Source: Paramoeba atlantica
Lineage: Eukaryota > Protista > Discosea
DNA length: 64,000 nucleotides
Assembly: GCA_977017575.1 (NCBI GenBank)
Contig: CDRNVI010000004.1
Location: 310,001 to 374,000 of the forward strand
Direction: 5' to 3'
This document shows positions 45,382 through 55,483 of this stretch, in pieces (position 1 is the first letter of the stretch; each line of letters starts with the position of its first letter). Both the position numbers and the translations under genes were made by a program. A model generated the notes under the pieces. That model did not search any database. It had not been told where the DNA came from and saw only the letters and a list, made by a program, of their open reading frames with translations.

Positions 45382-48300
45382 ATGTCAGGCGAAGACCACT
45401 TTGAAGAGTCATCTCCTATGGATGACGATTCGTTTTTGCATGAGGAGGCGACTCATAAAACAGGATCCTGGGACCAGTTCGCGGGTAATGCGCATCTCAT
45501 TAAACAGCCGAGTACCTACAATGAACTACTATACACAACTCCTATACCTGCGAATATTCCTCATGACTGGTGCAAAAATGCTGCTTTGATTTCCCACGAA
45601 AAACCGACGCCTGATACAGGACGCGAAGATGGCAGCGATGAAGAATCAAATCACTCTCGTGTGCTTATCGGCCCAGATCACAACACCCAATCACCAGTCT
45701 GAAAAGGATTCTGTCGCAAGGAAGTTCTCTCGACGTCGAGTAACCACTATACCTCCCTGCGCTAAAGGACATATTCGAGGCATCATAAAAACCACCAAGA
45801 CGCGAGAGAAAACCACGCCCATTAGAGGCGAAGCGTCGGACCTTAGGGCACACGACAAGGACCCATGCGATAGAGGAGATTCTCCTGCAATGGAGCTCGA
45901 TCCATCCGCTGGGACCGCCGTTCACGAACAAACTCCCCCTTATTTCCCGCTGTCGCAGCAACAAGGAACGTTCCCAGCTAACAGGTGTGAAGAAGACGTT
46001 GACTCAGCGGAAGTGAGTCAAAAACAACTGGAACATGGCCCCACCAGCTCACAAGATACACCCCTACCCTGCAATAGGGTCGACGCTCGAGAGTGCCCAG
46101 CCCAGGGATGCTCATGGCGGAGCTTACCGCATGGCGGGTCGTGGCAAGCTTTCTATAACCACGTCGCTTGCCGGCATGGAAGCAGCATTCCTGCAGAGTG
46201 GTGGGAGGGGGAGGGTCGCTTCGTATGTTCCTCTTGCGGGCGTAACTATGATAAAAGCAAGCGTTCATCTCACTCTCATAGCTGCCAAGCAACAAAGGCC
46301 TCCTCACTACCCGAACCTCACGCCGAAACCCTTTCTGAGGAAGACAGCCCCACCCTGGTGGATGGAACCACGCAGCTCGAGCTTCCATCTTTATCCAATA
46401 TCTGCTCACTACCCCTTAGTACGTGCAAAGACGTACCGCATCGATGCCGCCAGTTGTGGGGCGAAATTCTTACAGAGGCCATGGATAACGCCGTCAAAGA
46501 AAATACGCTGCAGTCATGGACCTTGTTGGCCATGTTGCCTAAATGTGTCCTTCCCGCCCCGCGCCGTGGAGGACGCAAAGGTCACATGGCTTACGCTTCC
46601 CACGCCTACAGTTGCATGCAGCGTTGGCTTGCGTTGGATTATTCCTCCCTATGGCAAGAGGCCACGACGAACTACCGCAAAAAGAAAGTAACTCCTACCG
46701 AGGATAGTGATGAAGATGAAAAAGCAGCACTAAGGGCAGAACTCCTTGCTCGACAGGGAGAATATTCCAGAGGCATGGCTGCTCTAACGTCAGACCCCAT
46801 GGCTCCGGACGACGACGACACATTCTCTAAATTACAAGAAAAGCACCCCTGCCGTTTGCTCGTTCCGGGGGCCGCCAACTTTTTCCCCGCAGCAGAGCCC
46901 CTGGAGTTGGATGAATCTGAAATCGCGAAGGCAATCAAGGGCTTTCACAGAGGCTCCTCCGCGGGTACCTTGGGATTACGCCCCGAGCATTTACAGGCAG
47001 CGCTCCTTACCCACGGAGGCAAGAACACAGACCCACTCGAATCCCTTACGAAGCTCGCTAATCATCTCCTCGCAGGAAAAGCACCAAAGGAAGTACAGAG
47101 TCACTTTGCGGGAGCCCGACTGTGTGCCCTAGAGAAAGGTGAAAACGACGTTCGCCCAATTGCCGCCGGGGAAACTTTGCGACGGTTAGTGAGCAAGGCT
47201 GCATGCAACGCAGTCAGGTCCAAGGCTAGAACTCTTTTTGCAGGACGGCAATTTGGTGTGGCTACCCCAGCTGGGAATGAACGCATTATCCACATGTGCC
47301 GCTTGGCCATCTCATCAAACATGGACTGCTCCAACTTTGTACTCTGCAAAGTTGACCTACGGAACGCTTTCAACAACGTGAGCAGGACTTGTTTTCTTCC
47401 TCTAGTCCAAGAGCACTTCCCAGAGCTATTACCATGGATAAGCTGGTGTTACTCGAACCCCAGCTCCCTCACCTATGGACTCCGATCACTTTCTTCTGAA
47501 GAGGGAGTGCAACAGGGCGACCCTTTAGGACCGCTACTCTTCTCGCTAGTGTCCTTAGCGCTCGCAGAAGCAATTGCTCTTCAGGCTAACCTCTTTGCCC
47601 AGTTATGGTACCTCGATGACGGCGTCCTCATTGGACAAGCGCAAGACGTTAGGAACGCCCTCGACACGATTGCCCGAGTAGGTCCACAATGGGGTTTACA
47701 TCTTAACATGTCTAAATGTGAGATCGTTACACCCCCGGCATCGGCACACCACGCCTCCGAATTTCCAGATATCCCCTCCAATAAGATCAATGTCCACGGC
47801 AATTTCGACATCCTTGGGAGCCCGGTGGGATCGCCAGAACATTGCTCAGAGTACCTCGAGACACATGCCATAGGCCCCGCGGAGGACACGCTTGACGCGA
47901 TAGCCACCATCCGGGACCCACAGGTCGCACTTGCCCTTATCAGACAGTGTGCTGGGTTTTGCAAGATGGTGTACGCTCTGAGAAGTACACCGCCCCAAGC
48001 CATAACCCATCTATGCACCCGACTCGACGGCTTTCTTATGACTGCTACCGAAGCAATAATTTGCCCCCTGGATCGCCACGCGCGATCTCAGGTACAGCGT
48101 TTGAAGCGGCACGGCGGTTTTGGATTAATGTCCGCAGCGTTGCACGCCACGGCCGCCTACGTATCTTCCGTCGCTTTCTGTGCGGCCAGAGACTCATGGA
48201 ACCCCACTGACGCAGATGGATTCGCGGAAGCTGTCAGGGATATCAACAAGAAGGCCGGAATATCTTTACTTGACTTGCGAGGCCGTATCCTCACAGCGCC

Positions 48301-49372
48301 GAACGCCCCTTGCGAAAAAGCAGTTGGCAGCCCTTTCTCCCATAGAAAGAGGAAACGCCCCCTAGGTGTCATCGATCAGCCTCCCTCGGAGATCTGCCTA
48401 CCCCTGCGCATAACTTCCCGCACCATGCATACACCTGAGGAAATACATTTTTCTACACCGCTGTACGCCTCGGAGGATTGTGCTGATACGACCCCCCCGC
48501 AATGGTTGAAAGGGAAGATCCCTCGCCAGCGAGACATCAGCTACGCGATCGCGGCCCACGATTTCTCCCAATCATACGAAATGTCAGATGTGCGGACACG
48601 AGCACGATGGATATCTCAGTGCGGTAAAGGGGCAAGCAGCTGGGCTTTTGTAACCCCGTCTAAGGACATGGGGTATTCCTTTACCCCTACAGCATTTCGA
48701 ACCTTGGCCCGTTGGTGGTTAGGGATCGATGTTTACCCTGAAGAAGGGAAGTGTCCTATGCCGAAATGCCCTCTTCCACTCGACACAAAAGGGGACCACG
48801 CATTGTCTTGCAAGCACGACAACGGAATTATCGCGAGGCACAATGCCGTGGCAGATCAGTTCACGGACCTTTGCAGCAGAGCCAAACTGGCCCCACAACG
48901 GGAGAAAAGTCTTGGCAACAGAGGCCCAGGGGGGGCCCTCACCAGACCTGGCGACGTATACCTGCGCAGTCTTTTCTTGGGGAATCCCATCGTGCTTGAC
49001 TTCGCGGTCACCCATGCTCAGCAACTAAAATATACGGACAAAGTCCGGAACGCTAGCTGGGTAACCGCGGGGTCGTTTGCCGAGCATTATTCCTCCATGG
49101 AGAAGGGTAGGCAGCGCCGGGAAGCCGTTGACGCCGGGTGTGACTTTACGGCCATGGTGGTCGAAAGCTATGGCGCCTGGAGCCCCAGTGCTTCAGCAGT
49201 GATCCGCAAAGTTGGGGAACGTCTCTCACATGCCTCGTGTGGGTTATTGACAGAAGGGGAAGCCACGAGCAGAATCTTTACGGAGCTGAACGTCACCCTC
49301 ATGCGCCTTCAGGCGCGCATGATGGTTACTCGTTTACTTCCTGAGGATCCGCTCTCTCCTACGGAGGTGTAA
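45382..49372 (+). CDS. Full-length family A protein split by one +1 frameshift (45382-45702, then frame of 45629-49372)
   Basis: First ORF carries WDQFAGN..STYNELLYTT; second has Zn fingers, RT, RLE. Confidence 0.88.
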
Positions 49373-49440
49373 ACGTTCGTAAACGTCGACCGCGCCCCTT
49401 TTGGCACGGGAACACGTTTGCGCCCATGAAGAGCTGGTCG

Positions 49441-49670
49441 GGATGCTGGTCGAGTCGACAGAGTCTATACTCACGCCTAGCCCGCGAGGGCTAGGTACCC
49501 CAAGTGAGGTAGTACACGGGTAGTGAATCTCCTCCCCGTCGGCCAGCATCCTGTTTCGTGACCGTGTCGCTGTCGACACAGGCCCGCGCCTGCGCCCTCC
49601 CGTATAGCAAGGGAAGGGTTCACAAGTCAGGCCGTGGAGTGGTCGAAAGACCCGGTCCGGAACGCGCGAA
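49441..49670 (+). ncRNA. Conserved structured RNA element in family A 3' UTR (~11 copies in window)
   Basis: Multiple helices with compensatory changes versus variant at 593-830. Confidence 0.7.
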
Positions 49671-50095
49671 TGGATTGGGTCTGGATTGCGTGTTTTTATT
49701 TTTACTGTGTCTTATTTGTCGTATATACTTAGGGGAGATTGAATTGCTAGTTTTGGGCTGAGAAAAAAGAAAAAGAAAATATACTTCTGTGGAAATGAAA
49801 AGAATTGCTAAAAAAAAAAAAAAAAAATCTATAAATTTATAGACAATGCAGATAATTAGATCGATAAATATCATAGCACTGGTTTCACGTACTGCCATTG
49901 CATGTTTTCCTTAATAGTTCACGTTTTGAAATTTAGCCGAGGGGCGGCTATATATTTGCCTGCTGGCCCTTCGGGGCACATAATTTTCTCAAATTATGAT
50001 GTAGTATTCTCTAATTGCATGGAGGGGGGTGTTTACTCGTTTGTTATATTCTTGTTAGGTTGTTATTTTGTTACGTTTAAAGTTTTGTCCAGCTC

Positions 50096-50725
50096 ATGGG
50101 AATCGAAGGTACCCCATTGAGTCTCTACGTAAAGGCCCTTCAAGCGCAGGGGGTGCTAGAACCCACGCGGCAGATGCTACCAATCACGCCACTTCTTCTA
50201 AAGAAGCTGAGACGTCAGCTCGACGTAAAGGAGAGCATGTGTTGCCTCCTGTGTTGGAAAGCCGCTGCGAGATGGACCGAGACCGCCGACCTGAGGCGGG
50301 AGCAGTTCGTGAGTGTGGCCAGTCACGAGGTAATCATTTATTGGGGCAGGGGGACCAAGACAACCCGTCTGAATCCTTACCGGCCGTACCTCTACGCGAT
50401 AGTGACTGGACCGGGGACACCCGAACTGGCTCAGTTTGTGGGAAGTTTGAGACCAGGCCAGCGCCTGTGTTACACGACGGTCCGGGAGATGGACCACAGG
50501 ATGAATCAACTTCTCGGTCCGGGGTATGGAACACATTCCATAAAAAGAGGTGCAATTACTTACCTATTCCACGAGATCTCCCTCGGGAATCTCAGGATGG
50601 AGGACGTCCAGAACCTCACGAAACACCTCAACGTCGAATCACTGTTGCGCTACAACGCAAGCAGTATTACAACGGCAAGGGCTCTAGGGACGCAGAGAGT
50701 CTCAGCACGTCTCCCAGTGCTGTAA
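50096..50725 (+). CDS. Tyrosine recombinase (N-terminally truncated) of VIPER/TATE-like element
   Basis: AARW, KT, HSIKRGA, TKH..LLRY catalytic pattern. Confidence 0.85.
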   Translation: MGIEGTPLSLYVKALQAQGVLEPTRQMLPITPLLLKKLRRQLDVKESMCCLLCWKAAARWTETADLRREQFVSVASHEVIIYWGRGTKTTRLNPYRPYLYAIVTGPGTPELAQFVGSLRPGQRLCYTTVREMDHRMNQLLGPGYGTHSIKRGAITYLFHEISLGNLRMEDVQNLTKHLNVESLLRYNASSITTARALGTQRVSARLPVL

Positions 50726-52431
50726 CCTCGGAGCACGTGGCAAAGTGCTTCGAGGAAGTGCCTTACCTTCGCAGGCACTCCGTTGTTTGTGCACGCCGCT
50801 CTTCACGGCTAGCCAAGGCACACGACGCACACCTACCTTTGCACGTTAAGAAGTCGATACCTGTTATCCATTTGGATCAGGTTAAGGAGTGGATGAGTAT
50901 GTCAGCTGCCACTCGTTTTCGCAAGGTAGTGGATGAATTATTATGGGTACCTAAAGCCCCGTACCCCGAACCTAGTGTGAAAGGTTCATTGCCTGAGGCG
51001 GACGTCCGATTGTTGGAGGACGCAGGCATAATCTCTAAGGTCCCGGCGCAGGAGTTGAGAAAGCGCCCATCGATGCAGTTCATGATTCCCTTCACGGTTG
51101 TGGAGACCGATGATCAGGGCAATCAGCGCAGAAGGTTTATTTCGTGGACACGGGACGATAATGATAGACTTAAAGGATATGAACCACAGGTCCCTTTATA
51201 TCATCCCTCCAAGTACCTTCATAAGGCGCACGAGCCGATGGCTGTGAAGCGGGACTTCACATGCGGGTTTTACCAGATTGGTATCCCGAAGAGGGCGCGG
51301 CCCAAATTCCGCCTTAGAACGAACAGTGGAGACGTGTTTGAGATGAACGTCCTCCCGATGGGCCATAGGTGTGCACCGGAGGTTATGCACACGGTTACCG
51401 CCGCGATTGCTGGCGAGGCGTCGATTTGTTCTCAGCGCTACTCGTTTCACCGAGGCGCTATCGACGTTTATGTTGACGGAGTTCGGTTTGCAGGAACCCA
51501 CTCCGAGGCCACCACGTACGCTCAGTTCATTGACGAGCGTTGCGACAAGGCGAACGGTCTTTTCAAAGATCGGGGTCAGCCCCCTGTAGCACAGTACGTG
51601 TTCAATGGGGTGGCGTTCGACCATAACGCGCATACGGTCTGCCTGGGACCGCGAGTGATCAGGAAACTGCGAGCCGACTCTTTCTTCAACATTTCCTTTG
51701 TTGACCTAGAGGCGGTGGTGGGGCGCCTCATTTATGGCTCCGCAGTTCTCCGGCTCAATATGCCGCGATTTTATTTCGCTTTGAAGGTGGCGCAACGGCG
51801 TATCAACTTGTTGAACCGTTGCCCGAAGTTATGTGACCGTCCGGTCGCACTCCCTGTCGTCACTCGCTCCATGCTAGCAGAGTGGAGAAACGAGTTGTTG
51901 GAGAATGTTCCACGGTCTCCACCTCCCCACCCCGATGTTGTTCCACACAAGCATCGTCTCTACACCGATGCCTCGGTGAAAGGGTGGGGAGCGATTATGT
52001 ATTTAGACAGCGGAGAGGTTTTGATTACGGGAGAGGCGTGGCCTGAGTCATCCTCGTATGAGGTGAACCGTGCGGAAGCTGCAGCAGTCCGCTTAGCCCT
52101 CGAGAAGTTTTCCGCGCATTGCCCCCGTGGAACCTGCTTGGATGTTTTTGTTGACAACACCTCCTGTCAGGCTGCACTGAACAGGAGGATCTCCAAGTCA
52201 GAGGGGGTTTCAATGGAATTGCGCGAAGTCCTGCGACTGACAGAGGACAAAGGTATTTGTGTCAAGGCAGCGTACATATCCACGGATGAGAACCCGGCGG
52301 ATGCTGTCAGTCGCGGGAAGGAGATTGAGAGAGAGAAGGTTGAGAAATATAAAGGCAACATCGACAAATACAGCGATAATCAGCATCATCATATTGTAAA
52401 GCTAGACAGTCATATTGAAGGAAAACCCTAG
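50269..52431 (+). CDS. RT-RNase H of VIPER/TATE-like element, overlapping YR in another frame (true start uncertain)
   Basis: RRFISW, DFTCGFYQI, LPMG, YVDG, YTDAS, VDNT, NPADAVSR; YR-before-RT order typical of kinetoplastid VIPER/TATE. Confidence 0.88.
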   Translation, partial: EMDRDRRPEAGAVRECGQSRGNHLLGQGDQDNPSESLPAVPLRDSDWTGDTRTGSVCGKFETRPAPVLHDGPGDGPQDESTSRSGVWNTFHKKRCNYLPIPRDLPRESQDGGRPEPHETPQRRITVALQRKQYYNGKGSRDAESLSTSPSAVTSEHVAKCFEEVPYLRRHSVVCARRSSRLAKAHDAHLPLHVKKSIPVIHLDQVKEWMSMSAATRFRKVVDELLWVPKAPYPEPSVKGSLPEADVRLLEDAGIISKVPAQELRKRPSMQFMIPFTVVETDDQGNQRRRFISWTRDDNDRLKGYEPQVPLYHPSKYLHKAHEPMAVKRDFTCGFYQIGIPKRARPKFRLRTNSGDVFEMNVLPMGHRCAPEVMHTVTAAIAGEASICSQRYSFHRGAIDVYVDGVRFAGTHSEATTYAQFIDERCDKANGLFKDRGQPPVAQYVFNGVAFDHNAHTVCLGPRVIRKLRADSFFNISFVDLEAVVGRLIYGSAVLRLNMPRFYFALKVAQRRINLLNRCPKLCDRPVALPVVTRSMLAEWRNELLENVPRSPPPHPDVVPHKHRLYTDASVKGWGAIMYLDSGEVLITGEAWPESSSYEVNRAEAAAVRLALEKFSAHCPRGTCLDVFVDNTSCQAALNRRISKSEGVSMELREVLRLTEDKGICVKAAYISTDENPADAVSRGKEIEREKVEKYKGNIDKYSDNQHHHIVKLDSHIEGKP

Positions 52432-52477
52432 GGGACAGGATCACCAAATACAAAAAAAAAAAAAAAAAAAAAAAAAA

Positions 52478-53157
52478 CAAGACAGTGGCTCGGGGAGAGT
52501 ATATACCCTCAAGGTCACAACTGCCCGATTCCGAATTGTCGCCTCCCACTCGGCCCTGGGGTGGACCATGCGCTAGCCTGCAAGTGCGGCCACGGAATCA
52601 TTACAAGGCACAACGCCCTAGCGGAACAGTTCTCCGCTGAATGCAGCAAGGCCGGGTTGAGCCCACAGAGAGAAGTCTCTCTGGGAAACAGGGGTCCGGG
52701 CGGCGCCCTCACGCGACCCGCAGATGTCTATGTCCGGAACGGTGGTCTCGGTCAGGCCCTCGTCCTTGATTTCGCTGTCACACATGTTCAGCAACAAAAG
52801 TATACGGACCTGGTCCGTGATGCTAACATGGTGGCAGCCGGGTCATTCGCCGAGAGGTACGCCGTCGAACACAAGCGGAAGCAACGGGAGGAAGCTGAAG
52901 AAGCGAAGACCAAGTTCACAGCTATGGCTGTCGAAACATACGGATGCTGGAGTCCGGCCGCCATGTCGGTCTTGCGGGAAGTCTCGAAAGGCCAAGCTGC
53001 GACCTCAGGTGGAACACTTTCGCAAGGGGGGGCGTTACAGCAAATACTAACAAGTCTGAACGTCACCCTCATGCGCTCCCAGGCGCGTATGCTCGTTCTT
53101 CGCCTCCCCTCGGCGAACACAGGCCCTGCACTTGTGGGGTATGGCAAAGAAGAGTAA
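52478..53157 (+). pseudogene. Family A RLE 3' fragment, followed by structured UTR to ~53500
   Basis: CKCG..RHNAL..PADVY..DFAVTH..ETYG. Confidence 0.9.
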
Positions 53158-53711
53158 GGAAAACTTCTGGCCTGGATGTTGGTCGAGTCGACAGAGTCTA
53201 TGCTCACGCCTAGCCCGCGAGGGCTAGGTACCCCAAGTGAGGTAGTACACGGGAAGTGAATCTCCTCCCCGTCGACCAGCATCCTGTTTCGCGACCGTGT
53301 CGCTGTCGACACAGGCCCGCGCCTGCGCCCTCCCATATAGCAAGGGAAGGGTTCACAAGCCAGGCCGTGGAGAGGTCGAAAGACCCGGTCCGGAACGCGC
53401 GAATGGATTGGGCGTGGATTGCTTGTTTTTATTATTATTGTTATTATTGTTATTATTCTTACGGGAGATCGAATTGCTAGTTTTGGGCTCCAAAATATGA
53501 AATTTCTAATTTTATTGCTTAAAAAAAAAAAAAAAAAAACTATAATTCGACACCGGGTTAAGCGATCTCGGACCGTCTCAGTCACATCTCCATTTATGAC
53601 AAAAAAAAAAAACAAGACATGAAAAAAAGAAAAAAAACAAAGACAAGAAAAGAAAACACAACAGACAAGAAAACAAAGACAAGAAAAAAAGAAAAAAAAA
53701 AAAAAAAAAAT

Positions 53712-55303
53712 AAGAAGGGCAAAAGAACGATGCGAAAAACTTGTACGCCAGGGTGAAGTCTCTCGTGGAATGAGTGCACTAACGGCGGCACCCTTTGCAC
53801 CTGACAACGACGAAACGTACTGCAAGTTGATGGCAAAGCATCCCACTCGTGCGCAGGACTGCATGCTTCAAGATCTCCCGTACCCTAACGCACCTCCCTT
53901 GAAAGTAAACGAAGAAGAAGTTAAGCACGCTTTGGGCAGCTTTCGCAAGGGATCATCTGGCGGAAAGATGTCGCTGAGAGCTGAGCACCTTCAGATAGCA
54001 CTACGTGCCCACGTGGACGAGAAAGTACACCCTCTCACCGCTCTTACAGACGTAGTCAATGTGCTTCTTTCTGGAAAAGCTCCATTCGAGATTCAGGAAC
54101 GTTTCGCTGGGGCCAGATTGTGTGCACTTCAGAAAGGAGCATGTGACGTCCGACCTATAGCCGCAGGCGAGACAATCCGTCGTTTGGTTGGTAAAGTGGC
54201 ATGTCTAACAGCCAAGAAAAAAGCTAGTCGCTTGTTTAAAGGAATACAGTATGGGGTTGCCACGCCAGCCGGATCGGAGAGGGTGATCCACCTGTGCCGA
54301 CAGACTATGTCCCGCCATGCCGATGACACGAACTTTGTGCTATGTAAGGTGGACCTAGCGAACGCGTTCAATAGAGTATCCAGATCTGCGTTCATCGCCT
54401 TACTTCGCAAACATTTTCCAGAATTGTCAGCATGGGTGGAGTGGACCTACTCCACGGATAGTCTCCTAACTTACGGTTCCAGAACTCTTCCATCATCCGA
54501 GGGGGTTCAACAAGGGGACCCCCTAGGGCCTCTCCTTTTTTCCCTCGTAATGCTCGAAGCCGCGAAAATGATCAAAGAAGCACTCCCAGGCAGTCTCCAG
54601 CTTCACCTCTGGTACCTCGACGACGGGGTAATAGCCGGTAAGGCCGAAGACGTCAGTTTCGCTTTAGAGACTCTTTCTCGAGTTGGTCCTAAGTGGGGTC
54701 TTCACATCAATACCTCTAAATGCGAAATAATAACGAACCCTGCCTCGGCACACCAAACTGCTCTTTTTTCCGATATTCCGGAACCCAAGATAAACCGCGA
54801 AGGAAATTTTGACATTCTTGGGAGCCCCATAGGCTCTGCTCAACATTGCATAGATTTCCTTACGACACACGCCGTGGAACCGGCAGAAGAGACCCTGGAA
54901 GCTATAGAAATGCTCGAAGATCCTCAAATTGCCTTGTCATTGATCAGACAGTGTGCGGGTTTTTGTCAAATGGTCCATTCGCTTCGAACTACCCCACCAC
55001 ATGAGCTTTCTGCACTCTGTCAGCGCCTTGATGAAGCAGTCCTCCATGCGTATGAATGGAATATATGCCCGCTTAGCTCCTCAGCTCGATCACAAGTTCA
55101 ACGCCCGAAACGGTATGGAGGTTTTGGTCTCCGATCTGCATCTGCGCACCGCTCAGCGGCGTACGTGTCTTCAGTTGCTTTTGCTGCAGAGACGGATCGT
55201 TGGCTACCGTCAGATGCAGAAGGATTCTCTTCCGCAGTCCTGGACATCAATCGCCGGAGCGGAGTCCCCGTAGTTGATCCGGACACGGGAAGAGCATTAG
55301 AGG
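53712..55303 (+). pseudogene. Internal RT fragment of the 10671-14582 subfamily
   Basis: Near-identical to 11560-13150 reverse complement. Confidence 0.92.
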
Positions 55304-55328
55304 AGACACACACACACACACACACAAC
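55304..55328 (-). repeat. (TG)n tail of the APE LINE
   Basis: CA run ~155 nt past the stop codon. Confidence 0.6.
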
Positions 55329-55483
55329 ACTGAAGGCATTACCCTTCAGTTGAGAAACTGTTCAAGCTTCACTAAATATATGCTCCTAAAACTAGAACTA
55401 ATAGAATTTGATTCCCACACCATCGTGCGCCCTATTGGTAGATATATTTTTCCATTACTTTCGTTTTGAGTACACCACTGATT

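Noticed and set aside
45301-45400. SL RNA gene
   Set aside because: No GT donor or shared intron follows any SL copy; downstream sequences are element-specific UTRs
49628-49660. Group II intron domain V resemblance (GGCCG..GAAA..CGGTCC)
   Set aside because: Upper stem lacks its 3' strand, the AGC triad is not conserved, and covariation supports other partners for these bases
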